Assembly: GCA_964016885.1 (NCBI GenBank)
Contig: OZ024743.1
Span: forward strand, 335,234,001 to 335,298,000
Reading direction: 5' to 3'
DNA: 64,000 bases
Source: Eledone cirrhosa
Lineage: Eukaryota
Position numbers and translations under genes: made by a program. Each line of letters begins with the position of its first letter. Within the stretch, counting starts at the first letter, position 1. Below are positions 39,511-53,628 of the stretch, in pieces. Under the pieces are notes generated by a model that made no database searches, was not told the origin of the DNA, and saw only the letters and a program-made list of their open reading frames with translations.

Positions 39511-39636
39511 GTAGCAACACACAGTATATGTTACACACACACGCACTCATGCATACACACATACATACAGTCACAAATGCATATATACATACATTCTTGC
39601 ATACATATATATACATACCTATATACGTACAGACAC

Positions 39637-40862
39637 ACATGGTGGCTGCCAACTCGTTTTTGAGTACGGCCACTACTTTATATCCAAGTAGGAGAACCCC
39701 TACTGATGCGCTGAACGAGTGTGACTTTTTAGTCCAGCCAGCGACTTCAAAACTCTGGTACAAACACTACACGTGTGACAATTATTGACACAGTGCTGGG
39801 CCCATGGTACCATGTGAAGACAAGTGCAGAGAGATCTCCAGATATAAAGCAATGCCTGTGCCGTGAAACTTTTATAGTGAGCAAAGGCACTGCACAAAGC
39901 CAGTCCCACTCTCTTAACCAAGATGATATTTACCAAAAAGAAGAACAAGTCAACATCATTGGATACCATCAGGGTTGCAGGTGTTATATCAGTTTTCCTT
40001 CTCCTAGAATTATGCCTTGACAAAGACTAAGGGGTCATCTCTCCCGGTGATTTTGGAAGGCCATTGACTCTTAAGAGCTCCTTTGCCCTTTGACAGGTTT
40101 TGTTTTTAGTCCTGCAGGATCTCCAAAGTCACCCTCCTCACCAAGAAACCTTGGTAGGGTTGCCAGTTTAGTCGTCAACGACCCGACCATGGGACAAGTT
40201 GTACTGAGATACATGTTACCAGTAGCACCAACTGGTAACCTGACATACATACATGGTGGCTGCCAACTCGTTTTCGAGTACGGCCACTACTTTATATCCA
40301 TGTAGGAGAACCCCTACCTATACACTGAACGAGTGTGACTTTTTAGTCTAGCCAGCGACTTCAAAACTCTGGTACAAGCACTACACTTGTGACAATTATT
40401 GACACATAGTGTTGGGCCCATGGTACCATGTGACGACAAATGCAGAGAGATCTCCAGATATAAAGCAATGCCTGTGCCGTGAAGCTTTTATAGTGAGCAA
40501 AGGCACTGCACAAAGCCAGTCCCACTCTCTTAACCAAGATGATATTTACCAAAAAGAAGAACAAGTCAACATCATTGGATATCATCAGGGTTGCAGGTTT
40601 TATATCAGAGTTTTCCTTCTCCTAGAATTCTGCCTTGACAAAGGCTAAGGGGTCATCTCTCCCGGTGATTTTGGAAGGCCATTGACTCTTAAGAGCTCCT
40701 TTGCCCTTTGACAGGTTTTGTTATTAGTCCTGCAGGATGTCCAAAGTCACCCTCCTCACCAAGAAACCTTGGTTGGGTTGCCAGTTTAGTCGCCAACGAC
40801 CCGACCATGAGACAGGTTGTACTGGGATACATGTTACCAATAGCACCAACTGGTGACCTGAC
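39637..40862 (-). mobile_element. Tandem dimer (614-bp period) of a non-autonomous bipartite RTE derivative
   Basis: Units start at 39637 and 40251. The minus strand has the motif ggagaaggaaaactctgatataaaacc (compare the RTE 5' UTR at 28173-28199), a C2H2 remnant CSVC..LAGLKSH, and an (ATGT)n tail. Confidence 0.7.
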
Positions 40863-41215
40863 ATACATACATACATACATAGATACATACAGACACACAC
40901 GCATACATTCATGGGCACATACATACATACAAGCTCAATAGGAAAAACAATCTTCGGAGAGATGGTGTCCGCAAAGGGCCACGGATAAGGTTTCGTTGCG
41001 CCAATGTGTGACATACAGGTCAGAGAAATGCATAGATATTTTAACCCCTCTATGTCAACACAGAGAAAAGTCGATACCACACAATAAATGTTAGATGTAA
41101 AATGAATGTTTTAGTGTGTGTGTGTGTGTATGTGTGTGTAAAAGAGAGAGAGAAAGAAAGAGAAAGGAGGAGAGAGTGTTTGTGTGAGTGCGTGTGTGTG
41201 TGTGTGTGTGTGTGC

Positions 41216-41306
<91 letters not shown>

Positions 41307-41454
41307 GGGCTGGAGGGAGAGTATGTGGTGGGTTATTTGGGGGTTAAATCTCCCCTACATGGTGTATTTGCTTTAGATTCGATACGCGGTATTAAATCAA
41401 GTCGCTTGATAAACAAATACAACCCCGAAACGGACAATATAAGTTTCATTGTAA

Positions 41455-41760
41455 TAATTGTTTCTACTTTTGGCGTAAGGCCAGCAATTACCCCAGTGCA
41501 TTACTGGTGCTTTATTTTATCAACCCCGTAAGGATAAAGGCAAAGTTAACCTCGGCGGGATTTAAACTGAGAACGTAAAGTGCCATAACTCTATACTGCA
41601 AAGCACGGTGTCTGACGCTGTACCGATACTGCCAATTCACCGCCCCGCATTGTAATAATTCTTTCTATTTTTGGCAGAAGGCCAGCAATTACCTCAGTGT
41701 ATTACTGGTACTTTATTTTATCGACCCCGTAAGGATGAAAGACAAAGTTAACCTCGGCAG
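41455..41760 (-). mobile_element. Two adjacent Nin-domain SINEs
   Basis: Full copy at 41455-41646 and partial copy at 41655-41760. Further copies at 37148-37222 (-) and 44845-45035 (+). Confidence 0.88.
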
Positions 41761-42899
41761 TTTAAATGTTTTTTTAAAAATTATTTTACAAAATGCTTTG
41801 ACAGCTCCACAAGAAGATACACGACAGTAAAATCCAAATACAATGGCGCCACAAAGCGATCTGATATATTTAAAACCAACTGACATTTTTCCTGATATGA
41901 TATCATCATGTTTCAGCTAAATCCTTGCTTAATGTCTGCTTTGCAATATGCGATAATATCTCCGTAATTATTTCTCTATGTTATCTCCATTAATATCTTA
42001 GCAACTAGAGTACTAATTCAGGGACATCTAGAAAGCACCGCTTACGACATATAGATGACCTATTGAACTGGATCTGGATCTGGTATTTAGAAAATCATAA
42101 AATCAGAAAAACAACTGATGTCAATCGATTAACTTCGAACTGTCAATTATAGCAGAAACGAACGCCATGTATTTGTTCTGCACTTTTAGAGATTGCAAGG
42201 AACAACTACAACAAACGGCACTTCTAACAACTGCATAGAGTTAATATATTCACAACTAGAAAAAGAAACTATAATTTCACCTAATATGAAGTCGTCACAA
42301 CTATAGCGTCTCACCATTTTTTACCTACGATAGGCTGTCTGCTGAATGTAATTTTCATGTCGAATGTAATTTTACTTTATTAATTCTTCTTGTTTATTAT
42401 ATTTGTTTTTCTCCTATAAATCATGATTTTTTTTTTTATCAACTCGTGATTTTCTGTCTAGTTTTATTTTGTGAAATAAGGGATATATGTCGAAATGTTG
42501 CCATTAATCATTGCTGTTGTGGTCGTCTAGACACCAGCAGATCTCATCCAAACTAGATGTCCATTGCAGTACGCAAAGTAAAAAAACACATATAACACAG
42601 AACATTAAGTAATATCTGTGGTTTTGCTATTCCGCTAAGGACAAAGTCTACCAAATAATATATATATCATATATATATCAATATATATATATATTATATA
42701 TATTATATTTGTAAAGAGTTCAATTGAAGTAAAATGTGAAACAAAACGCTCCAGAATACACATATTCACGAACATAACAGTAAACAATATTAATTATATA
42801 TAGTAATACATATGACAATGTACAAATGTAATCGGAATAGAAATAAATAAATCACATTACTTCTTATACCAAAATTATACATGTATACAGCTGTTTTGT

Positions 42900-43120
42900 G
42901 AAGGTATGTGGCTGAGTGGTTAGAGAATTGGACTCTCAATCGTGAGGTTGTGAGTTCGATTCCCGGACAGGGCGATACGTTATGTCCTTGGGCAAGACTC
43001 TTTACTTCACGTTGTTCCTTCTACCTGGAGTTGCGACCGATAGAAAGTACTAGACATTGTAAGACCAATGGAAACATTGTTTCCTCGGTCCGATTTGACG
43101 TAAGTCGATCGACTGTTGAC
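42900..43120 (+). mobile_element. tRNA-derived SINE with CORE/Meta-like ccttgggcaag domain
   Basis: tggctgagtggttag A box, gagttcgattccc B box, gtccttgggcaagactcttta. Other copies at 50540-50722 (-) and 35620-35712 (fragment). Confidence 0.8.
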
Positions 43121-43659
43121 AGCAGTTTCGATTTTAACCCACATAGTTTGGTGGATCTTTAGCTCACCACCTTCAGATACAAACCGAGGATGTTCAACAG
43201 CGTCAATGGACGCTGGTTGGACGAACGGTTTCCATTTTTTGACATCTGGTTTAGTCAAGATCCCCAGCTGGATATGAATTGGGCAAAGTTGACGAGCAAA
43301 CCAGCAAGTAATAGGCCGAAAGGAAGGTATTCCTGAAAGTTCGGGAAGATGTGCTGAAGGCGTTCATTGTCTCTGTCATATATTACTGCCCGACCGTCCG
43401 CACTAAGTTGAGCCTGCTCTATCATGTCTATTTGAAACGACTCGTTCCATTCGTCTGGCGTCCCAACAGTCGGCAGAACAGATTGCGCACAGGGCTAAGT
43501 ATTCCGAACATGTGTTGAGGAAAAATCCACCAATTACCATTGTTAAATAAGTAAGGTATAGTTAGTGAATTTGAAGACCAAGATTCACCTCAGTAGGTGA
43601 AGTCTTTTAACTACTACAACAAAGGTGTTCAATAGAAGAATAGTTACATAACTGACTCG

Positions 43660-43726
<67 letters not shown>

Positions 43727-43747
43727 TGTATATATATATATAAATAT

Positions 43748-43956
<209 letters not shown>

Positions 43957-44074
43957 TATGTATACGTACATACATATGTATACAGATGTACAGCGTACCG
44001 AAAACGATAAGTGGAAAAACTGAAATTTTATTTCTCACTCTTCTCACGGTTGATACTTAAATATAAGTAGGTAT

Positions 44075-44117
44075 ACGGTGCTGATGACAGCTAATGCGCT
44101 AGAAACTAGTTCATCGT
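44075..44117 (+). ncRNA. Compact type I hammerhead ribozyme
   Basis: acggtg-CTGATGA-c-agc/gct-a-GAAA-ctag-TT-catcgt, inside element 44010-44430, which has ~55-bp terminal inverted repeats. Confidence 0.85.
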
Positions 44118-44574
44118 TCCTTTGTCAGTGTTGAACAAAAGGGCGACGATGGTTGCCGAACACTGTACGGCTTAATTCGGGCTGTTTGTTTAGAAACAAA
44201 CTGAACATTATAATAAATGTTCGGTAAACCCATACGTACATATATATATAGGTGTGCATGTATGTATGTATGTATGTATGTATGTATGTATGTATGTATG
44301 TATGTATGTATGTATGTATGTATATACATACTACTGTACGTTTGTATACATATATGTATGTACGTATACATATTTATATTTAAGTATCAGCTGTGCTAAG
44401 TGTGAGAAATGAAATTTCATTTTTTCCATATATATATACATATGTTCTCGGTATGGTGAACTAACTGTTGTGTAACCACTTCTACCTAATCCGTCCCATA
44501 AACTGAGTGCTCTACCACTACGGATATTACCTTCCAGTGTTCTACCACTATCTCTCTCTTCCTCTCTCTCTCTA

Positions 44575-44611
<37 letters not shown>

Positions 44612-44617
<6 letters not shown>

Positions 44618-44756
44618 TAAAATAACAGATTAAAGTTTAAGCAAAGAATCGCTGCTTTCACCCTTAACGGGATCTTCTGAAACTATTTCAGAAGTTCCCG
44701 TTAAGGGTGAAAGCACCAATTCTTTGCTTAAACTTTAATCTGTTATTTTAATAAAT
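44612..44756. mobile_element. Foldback palindrome with two divergent hammerhead-like motifs
   Basis: Left arm (minus, 44634-44684): agttt-CAGAAGA-t-ccc/ggg-t-GAAA-gca..tgc-TT-aaact, with U4A in the core. Confidence 0.65.
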
Positions 44757-45054
44757 TTTTGCACTACGGTTCTTATATATTTGATATATATTTATCCTTA
44801 TCGAGCCCTCTTTGGATTTTAGTCTTCAAATATTTTATTATTACTGTGGATTGGTAGTATCGGTAAAGGGTCGGACGCCATGCTTTGACGCATAGAGTTA
44901 CGGCCCTTGTCATTCTGAGATCAAATCCCGCCAAGGTTAACTTCGCCTTTCATCCATACAGGGTCGATAAAATAAAGTACCGGTAATGAACTGGTAAATT
45001 GCTGGCTTTGTGCCTAACGTAGAAACAATTATTATTATTATATATATATATTAC

Positions 45055-45101
<47 letters not shown>

Positions 45102-45134
45102 TACTATTATATATATATTACTATATATATATAT

Positions 45135-45174
<40 letters not shown>

Positions 45175-45177
<3 letters not shown>

Positions 45178-45825
45178 AGAATGAAACGAAATTTCATTTC
45201 TCACTGTTAGTACGGCACTTACTTAAATGTAAGTATGTATGTATGTATACGTACATACATATATGTATACAGACGTACAGTAGTATATATATACATACAT
45301 GCACACATATATATAAGCACGTATCGGTTTACCGAACATTTATTATAATGCTCGGTTTGTTCGTTTGTAAACAAACAAACAGCCCGAATTACGCCGTACA
45401 GTGTTTAGGCAACCACGTCACCTTTTTTTGTTCAACACTGACACAGGAACGATGTACTAGTTTCAAGCTTATTAGCTATCGTCAGCATCGTATACCTTCC
45501 TGTCAGATGGTTGAACGTCTGAAAGTATATACTTTCCTTATGCATATTAACAGCTGAGCAGCGTAATTTGCATATCTAGTGAGTTCAGTCGGCTGGGCAC
45601 ACCGAAAACGATAAATGGAATAGAATGAAACGAAATTTCATTTCTCACTCTTAGTACGGCACTTACTTAAATATAAGTATGTATGTATGTATACGTACAT
45701 ACATATATGTATACAGACGTACAGTAGTATGCATATATATACATACATGCACACATATATATATATATGCACGTATCGGTTTACCGAACATTTATTATGG
45801 TCGGTTTTTTCGTTTGTAAACAATA
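45175..45825 (-). repeat. Partial tandem (~440-bp period) of the compact-hammerhead non-coding family
   Basis: aatagaatgaaacgaaatttcatttctcact occurs at about 45176 and 45619, followed by an inverted segment at 45826-45930. Confidence 0.8.
45449..45491 (-). ncRNA. Compact type I hammerhead ribozyme
   Basis: acgatg-CTGACGA-t-agct/agct-t-GAAA-ctag-TA-catcgt. Confidence 0.88.
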
Positions 45826-45928
45826 TTCGGTAAACCGATACGTGCATATATATATGTGTGCATGTATGTATATATATACATACTACTGTACGTCTGTATA
45901 CATATATGTATGTACGTATACATATATA

Positions 45929-45988
<60 letters not shown>

Positions 45989-45996
45989 TATGTATG

Positions 45997-46064
<68 letters not shown>

Positions 46065-46065
46065 T

Positions 46066-46316
<251 letters not shown>

Positions 46317-46779
46317 CGAGTCAGTTATGTAACTATTCTTCTATTGAACACCTTTGTTGTAGTAGTTAAAAGACTTCACCTACTGAGGTGAATCTTGGTC
46401 TTCAAATTCACTAACTATACCTTACTTATTTAACAATGGTAATTGGTGGATTTTTCCTCAACACATGTTCAGAATACTTAGCCCTGTGCGCAATCTGTGC
46501 TGCCGACTGTTGGGACACCAGACGAATGGAACGAGTCGTTTCAAATAGACATGATAGAGCAGGCTCAACTTAGTGCGGACGGTCGGGCAGTAATATATGA
46601 CAGAGACAATGAACGCTTTCAGAACATCTTCCCGAACTTTCAGGAATACCTTCCTTTCGGCCTATTACTTGGTGGTTTGCTCGTCAACTTTGCCCAATTC
46701 ATATCCAGCTGGGGATCTTGACTAAACCAGATGTCAAAAAATGGAAACCGTTCGTCCAACCAGCGTCCATTGAAACTAA

Positions 46780-46816
<37 letters not shown>

Positions 46817-47163
46817 TATATATATATACTTAGTTTCTGAAGTTGTTAAGCATCTGGTGCGTGTGTTTCTTATTGGCAACATGACCCTCCCAAAGCATAA
46901 CAATATATATATATATATATATATATAAAGAGTCAGTTATGTAACTAGTCTCCTACCAATGTTATTTTGCTATATATCTATATATGTATATATATATAGC
47001 AAAGTTAAAACTGAATGGACAAAGCTCAAATGTATGTAGAGAATTATATATGAATATATGGTAATGTATAATTACCTCGTCTTTTCAGAATTAGCTGAAT
47101 ATATTTATATTTTATATTGGTCTGAAAAAGTAGATTTTTAGGAAGATAGAGTTGAAATATATG

Positions 47164-47185
<22 letters not shown>

Positions 47186-47199
<14 letters not shown>

Positions 47200-48524
47200 T
47201 GAAGATGTCTGTCTGTGTGTGTGTGTATGATTTTTATGCATTTCCACATTTCTCTACGATTTTGATGATTTTTTTTTTCCAATGAGCTCCAAATTTACCA
47301 ACGATGGTCAAAGCGTAATAAACTTTGTCAAACATTTCCTGCTTCTATGAAATAAATCGATAAAACTAAATACATGCTGTAACCCTCTCTCTTTACACGC
47401 TTATTCACTCTTTCTTCTACCCAACAGCGACAAAACTTCGTTCAGGAACGCGACACAAACTTTGAAAATTGAGCAACACATCATTTTATACAACAACAAA
47501 CATAGTCATAACGCTCTCTCCGTCGCTCTTCCCTCTCTCTATAATAGATCATTGCCCCTCTCTATAATTTAACTGCTTTACTCTCTCTGTCGCTCTTCAT
47601 TCTCTATATTACATCACTGTTTTACACACCTCCCTATATTTTCTTAGCTTTACTCTCTCCTTCGCTCTTCCCTCTCTCTATAATAGATTATTCCCCTCCC
47701 TATAGTTTAACTGTTGGGTGAGTCATTGAAGTTGCGTATATACGGCTTTTCTGGGGTATTTTAAATCGGCATATTGCAAATAACAACCCGCAAAATAACA
47801 CTTCATATATCAGATTAATGCTATAGACATATGAATCGGAATGTTTAAATTATTTATTTTTTACGACATTCATTGGTCATATATTAATATGAAAACACCC
47901 ATAGTGTTGTACTTCTGGCAATTCTGCCGAATACACTGCCAAGGATGAACCTTTTCCCCTCGGCGTCAGATATCTCGTTCGATTTTCGGCGATCCCAGTT
48001 CCCGGTGAGACCATGTTTTGTCATGTCCATTAACAAGTCACAAGGGCAAACATTGTCGGTGGCGGGCATCCATTTGGTGGAGCCATGCTACTCCCATGGC
48101 CAACTTTATGTTGCCTGTTCCCGCGTAGGGAGCAGGAATGGACTTTTTGCTTACACTCCTCAAAGGATGACACGCAATATCGTCTACAAAGAGGTGCTAT
48201 AGATGTTGGTGCAGGTGTTGGAGGTGTTGGAGCTATGCCGTCTGGAAAACTATTTCCTGGTAGGGTCACCCATGGCGGGCAGATCTGACACTCAGCGGCA
48301 TCAGGGCCACCATCTTGCAACTTTGATCTGCTAAATTCGCTATTGGAAGATTATTAACCCATCATTAATTTCTAAAATGCTTATTGGTTCGTAAATTTTA
48401 ATAACCGGTTCAACTGCTTTATGCACTTAATTGATAAGCTTATTCGCTTTCAAGCCACCTTTACCTGTATGTAACTTTTCATAGCAAATGAACAAACCCG
48501 AGCAACGCCGGGCTAAACTGCTAG
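47186..48524 (+). mobile_element. Internally deleted Helitron retaining the Pif1-like helicase C-terminus
   Basis: 5' end tataaaactgaagatgtctgtctg; 47945-48202 QFPVRPCFVMSINKSQGQTL..SHGQLYVACSRV..NIVYKEVL; 3' hairpin cccgagcaacgccggg followed by CTAG|T. Confidence 0.9.
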
Positions 48525-48692
48525 TATATATATATATATGACTGCCAATACTGGAATTGAATAATCAAGACCGTAGTGGTATGTTATATATCAAATCATA
48601 TATTCTAATTTTCAATTTCTGCTTAACTGGCAACCGCCCTGTATAATCAGTTCCTGATTATTACTGGAATTCTATAAGAATCAAACATTAAT

Positions 48693-48789
48693 AATTTTCA
48701 GCAAACAGGCGGAGGAGTTAACTTTGATAAACACCAAAAAGTGCGAAACAGAGCTCTGTCAGCTTTATCTCCCCTGTTTGCTGAAAATT
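48693..48789 (+). ncRNA. Type I hammerhead, U3-A8 core variant, with long stem I extension
   Basis: aact-TTGATAA-a-cac/gtg-c-GAAA-cagagctctg-TC-agct, enclosed by a perfect 17-bp stem aattttcagcaaacagg/cctgtttgctgaaaatt. Confidence 0.75.
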
Positions 48790-48921
48790 GAAGTAGGTGA
48801 GACTGTCACTACTCTAAAACGATAGCGTATGGTCTTCGAAATGCTTTTAATTAAACATACAGTGTATTGCAAAATACACTATATATACATTCATATATAT
48901 ATCGCTATTTCAGAATACCAA

Positions 48922-48965
<44 letters not shown>

Positions 48966-49273
48966 GTTTGGAAAGTGGATCTAATGATTTAATTCGACTG
49001 AATCATTTTTAGTCCTCTAAAGGCCATTCTTATATAAAATAAGAATCATATACACTAATAAAGCATTGAGTACTTTTTCGTTAGTTGTGGCCATCCAACA
49101 ATAATCTTATATATATATATATATATATAAAGGTTTACATATATATATATATAAAGTCATAGATATATATGTGTTTTGCAACTGCTCACGTTGTGGCTCA
49201 ATGAAGAATTAATAAATTAAATAATCAGAGCCATATATCATAAAACATGTCTATAGAATCACTAGATAAAATC

Positions 49274-50213
49274 TATACCCTTTCCTCTCCCAATTAGCAT
49301 AATTAACCATATAAAAAATCAATTAGACCAAGCTATAAGAATAAAGGCTCCTATGAAGAAATCTCCGACAAATAACCGAAAGCAGCCCCCTCGCGGCGGC
49401 TACGACGGAATATTTATCGAACATTTCGACAGCATGTATAAATCGACCAGATATACATTCAACTAAACAAAATTAGGTGTAAAATAAACTAGAAGAAATG
49501 TGTACATATTTAGTTACCTCTACCATGGTTTCGTCCGTATTTTAAGACATCCGATAACAGGGGATATCTAGAGCTTCGGATTCATCGAGAGTTAGCTCAA
49601 ATTTAGACAATTAATAAATTCATTAATTCTTCATTGAGCCACAACGTGACCTGTTGCAAAACACACATATATATATATGACTTTATATATATATGTAAAC
49701 ATTTATATGTAATAATCTCCCGTTAGGTTGAGATACAATTTGGCTGTATTGGGCTGTGCTTTCTAGCAATAAGCCTACCAGCCGTAATCAACTAATCACA
49801 TCCTTTCTAACTTGACCGCTGCCACGTCACGATTCTTAGCCATTTTTTAATGTATTCTTGGCGCGATCACTTTTGAAAATTAATTGTCTAAATTTAAGCT
49901 AACTCCTGATGAATCCGAAGCTCTAGATATCCCCTGTTATCTTAAAATACGGACGAAGCAATGGTAGAGGTAATTAAATATGTACACATTTCTTCAAGTT
50001 TATTTTACACCTAATTTTGTTTAGTTGACTGTATATCTGGTCGATTTATACATCCTGTCGAAATGTTCGATAAATACTCCGTCGTAGCCGCCGCGAGGGG
50101 GCTGATTTCGGTTATTTGTCGGAGATTTCTTCATAGGAGCCTTTATTCTTATAGCTATGTCTAATTGATTTTTTATATGGTTAATTATGCTAATTGAGAG
50201 AGGAAACGGTATA
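49274..50213. mobile_element. Foldback element with ~340-bp arms and divergent hammerheads (49518-49591 minus, 49903-49969 plus)
   Basis: Arms at 49274-49615 and 49879-50213. Consensus of the arms is ctc-CTGATGA-a-tccg/cgga-c-GAAA-ccatgg-TA-gag; each arm carries a different lesion. Confidence 0.82.
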
Positions 50214-50220
50214 TATGTTT

Positions 50221-50289
<69 letters not shown>

Positions 50290-50337
50290 TGTATGTGTGT
50301 ATGTATATATATATATACATGTATACATAAACAAATA

Positions 50338-50525
50338 GTCAGAACCCCGACGGCAGAGATGAAGCCGTTTCGACAAGTATTTCAGGACTAGAAATAGCTG
50401 TCGAAACGGCTTGAGCTCTTCGTCGGCGTTTTGACTCTTTTCCTATTATCCACTCTACTACCGAAAGTATCGAGTACTCTGGTGCGTTATGGTCCTCCTG
50501 GTTCCTTACGACACGTCCTTCGTTA
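50338..50525. mobile_element. Short foldback copy of the 52521-53427 family, inverted within hammerhead stem II
   Basis: cgacggcagagatgaagccgtttcgaca..tgtcgaaacggcttgagctcttcgtcg, then the family tail. Confidence 0.75.
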
Positions 50526-51718
50526 TAGATATATATATATATCGACAGTCGATCGACTTTCATCAATTCGGACCAAGGGAGCAACGCTTCCATTGGACTA
50601 TCCAATTGTTAATACTATCTATCGGTCGCAAGTCCAGGTAGAAGGAACAACGTGAAATAAAGTGTCTTGCTCAAGTACATAATGTATCACCCGGTCCGGG
50701 AATCGTACTCACAAAGTCACGAGTGGGTATCTTCAATATACGCCTTTAACCTGTTTGTATTTTCCTAGTTGTAGTGGCTTTTTGGCTACATGTCTCCGGT
50801 TGCAATCTTCACTGTGTCACACCCCTAACGTATTGTTATTACTCTGAATCATAATTTATCGATTTATCGATATTACCTCATTCAGTGCTTTGGTCACACC
50901 CCAGAAAATTGATTCCAGAAAATGCTAATCGCAGCTGAAACTTCGATTTTGCTCACTACTATATATATATATCGTATATACTTTACAGGAGAATTTTTAA
51001 TCTCTTATAAAATTCACAGGCTGAAATCTCCGAAAGTATTTTTTGCTGTAAAAAATTAAATTATATACTGGTCAATAGTATCATAACAAAGACATATGTT
51101 GCTTTGTTGTTTTTTTGTTTGTTCTCATATTTGTTTGTTTTTTAAAGATTTCTTCGATCGTGCTTCTGGGGAGAAGATTTAAATATCGATTCTAAAGTGT
51201 CTAACATGTGTAGACTTTAAGAGAAAAAGTTAGAAACTATCACAAACATAAAAATTCGTAATATAACAAACAGCAATATATGGTTACAATGAACTGTGTG
51301 AACATTGCAGACGATTGCAGACGAGCATTGTCCTGCTCAATATAATACTAGTTAGTTCATATTTCTTTATGCATGAGGTAATAATATATATATATATATG
51401 TTTGTATATGTGTGTGTGTGTGTGTGCGTGTGAGTACACATATACATACATATATATATATACATACATATATATATATACATACATATATATATATACA
51501 TACATATATATATATACATACATATATATATATACATACATATATATATATCACAGGGATTGTTTCATATGTTTATTTATACGTTAATCAATAAAATGCT
51601 CGGACCTATTCATTAGAATCTTGGAGCTTATTTTACGGGTGATATGGTGCATGCCTTTCTGGCATGGCATCCATAATTTTGATTTAGATTAAATTCACTT
51701 TGATTTATCTTAATTTTG

Positions 51719-51749
<31 letters not shown>

Positions 51750-51784
51750 ATGTGTGTGTGTGTGTGTGTATGGCAAGTAGGTAT

Positions 51785-51827
51785 ACGTTGCTGACGATAG
51801 CTAATAAGCTTGAAACTAGTACAGCGT
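51785..51827 (+). ncRNA. Compact type I hammerhead ribozyme
   Basis: acgttg-CTGACGA-t-agct/agct-t-GAAA-ctag-TA-cagcgt, within a family copy at about 51775-52092. Confidence 0.88.
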
Positions 51828-52100
51828 TCCTTTGTCAGTGTTGAACAAATGAGCAACGATGGTTGCTAGACACTGTACGGCTTAATTCGGGATGTTTGTT
51901 TACAAACACACCGAACATTATAATAAATGTTCGGTGAATCCATACGTACATATATATATATGTCTGCATGTATGTATATATATATACATACTACTGTACG
52001 TCTGTATACATATATGTATGTACGTATACATACTTATATTTAAGTAACAGCCGTACTAAGAGTGAGAAATGAAATTTCGTTTCATTTTTTCCGTTTATAT

Positions 52101-52323
<223 letters not shown>

Positions 52324-52326
52324 ATA

Positions 52327-52500
52327 TAGAAGTAGTAACACAACAGTTAGTTCACGATACCGAGAACAATTGTTTCACCTCAGAAGGGGAAACAATTGTT
52401 CTCGGTATGGTGAACTAACTGTTGTGTTACTACTTCTACCAAACTCGTCCCGTGGACTGAGCGTTCTGCCACTACGGATATTACCTCATAGTGTTCTATC
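52327..52500. mobile_element. Foldback palindrome (52327-52438) with 3' half-hammerheads
   Basis: Both arms read GAAA-caattg-TT-ctcgg outward from the centre; related tail at 44442-44550. Confidence 0.65.
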
Positions 52501-52520
52501 TGTATATATATATATATATA

Positions 52521-53422
52521 GGAAAATATATGACCCCGACGGCAGAGATCAAGCCGTTTCGACGGCTATTTCTGGACTAAATTAGAACTTTTTGTCTAGT
52601 GAATAAATAGCCGAACTTGTCAAGGGGGTACTTCCTTATATGGGAAGATTGTAGTTGTCAAAATGATTGGTTAAAATTTGTTGTAAACACAAATAAGTCT
52701 ATCATGGCATTTGGTGGGAGGTAGGGGTGGCTGAACTTACCTGTAGAACAATAGGGGAGTGAGTGGATCGGTCAAGCGTTGAAAGTGATATGTATACAGC
52801 AGATTCTAAGGATAGTGTATGAAATGAAGGAGGGAGTTATAGGATAGGTAAATCGAATGAGAGTAGGAGACAACAAAAGATACTAGAAAGAAATAAAAAA
52901 TATATAAAGTTAGATAGTGAGAAATGAATAAAGAGAATTACAATGCTATCTTACAATTACAGGTTAATAAGTTGAGAATAGAAAAAACTTGTAAAAATTA
53001 CAAAACTGATACAACATTAAAGGGGTTTAACACGTCTGCTATAAGTAGTTAATCAAACGTATTCGACCAATTCTATCTTAAAATTACGATTGACCGTTCC
53101 ACTCACTCCTCTATTGTTCTACAGGCAAGTTAAGCCACCCCTACCTCCCACCAAATCCCATGATAGGCTTATTTGTGTTTACAACAAATTTTATCCAATC
53201 CTCTTGACAACTATAATCTTCCCATATAAGGAAGTACCCTCTTGATAAGTTCGGCTATTTATTCACCAGGCTAAAAATTCTAATTTAGTCCAGAAATAGC
53301 CGTCGAAACGGCTTGAGCTCTGACGTCGGAGTCATACTTTTTCCTATTTCCTACTCTACTACCCTAAGTATTGAATACTCTGGTGCGTTATGGTCCATCT
53401 GGTTCCTTAATACAATTCCTTC

Positions 53423-53427
<5 letters not shown>
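52521..53427. mobile_element. Foldback element with ~260-bp arms and divergent U3-A8 hammerheads (52534-52627 minus, 53237-53331 plus)
   Basis: Arms at 52521-52780 and 53087-53345. Left HHR: cccc-TTGACAA-g..cggctattt/aaatagccg..c-GAAA-cggc/gccg-TC-gggg; right core TTGATAA. Flanked by (TA)n. Confidence 0.85.
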
Positions 53428-53469
<42 letters not shown>

Positions 53470-53574
53470 AATGAATATATGATAGAGATAAACACTGATA
53501 CAAGTATACATGTGTTTGCATTGCAAATGACCAAGTTAGCTAGATTGAAAAAGACTGTTTGAGTTTATAACTCC

Positions 53575-53628
<54 letters not shown>

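Noticed and set aside
38470-42050. Possible short host exons on the minus strand (about 38475-38561 and 41907-41995)
   Set aside because: Short open frames with no recognisable protein similarity and weak splice signals.
42903-42975. tRNA gene
   Set aside because: A and B boxes are present but there is no acceptor stem; it continues into a SINE body found three times in the window.
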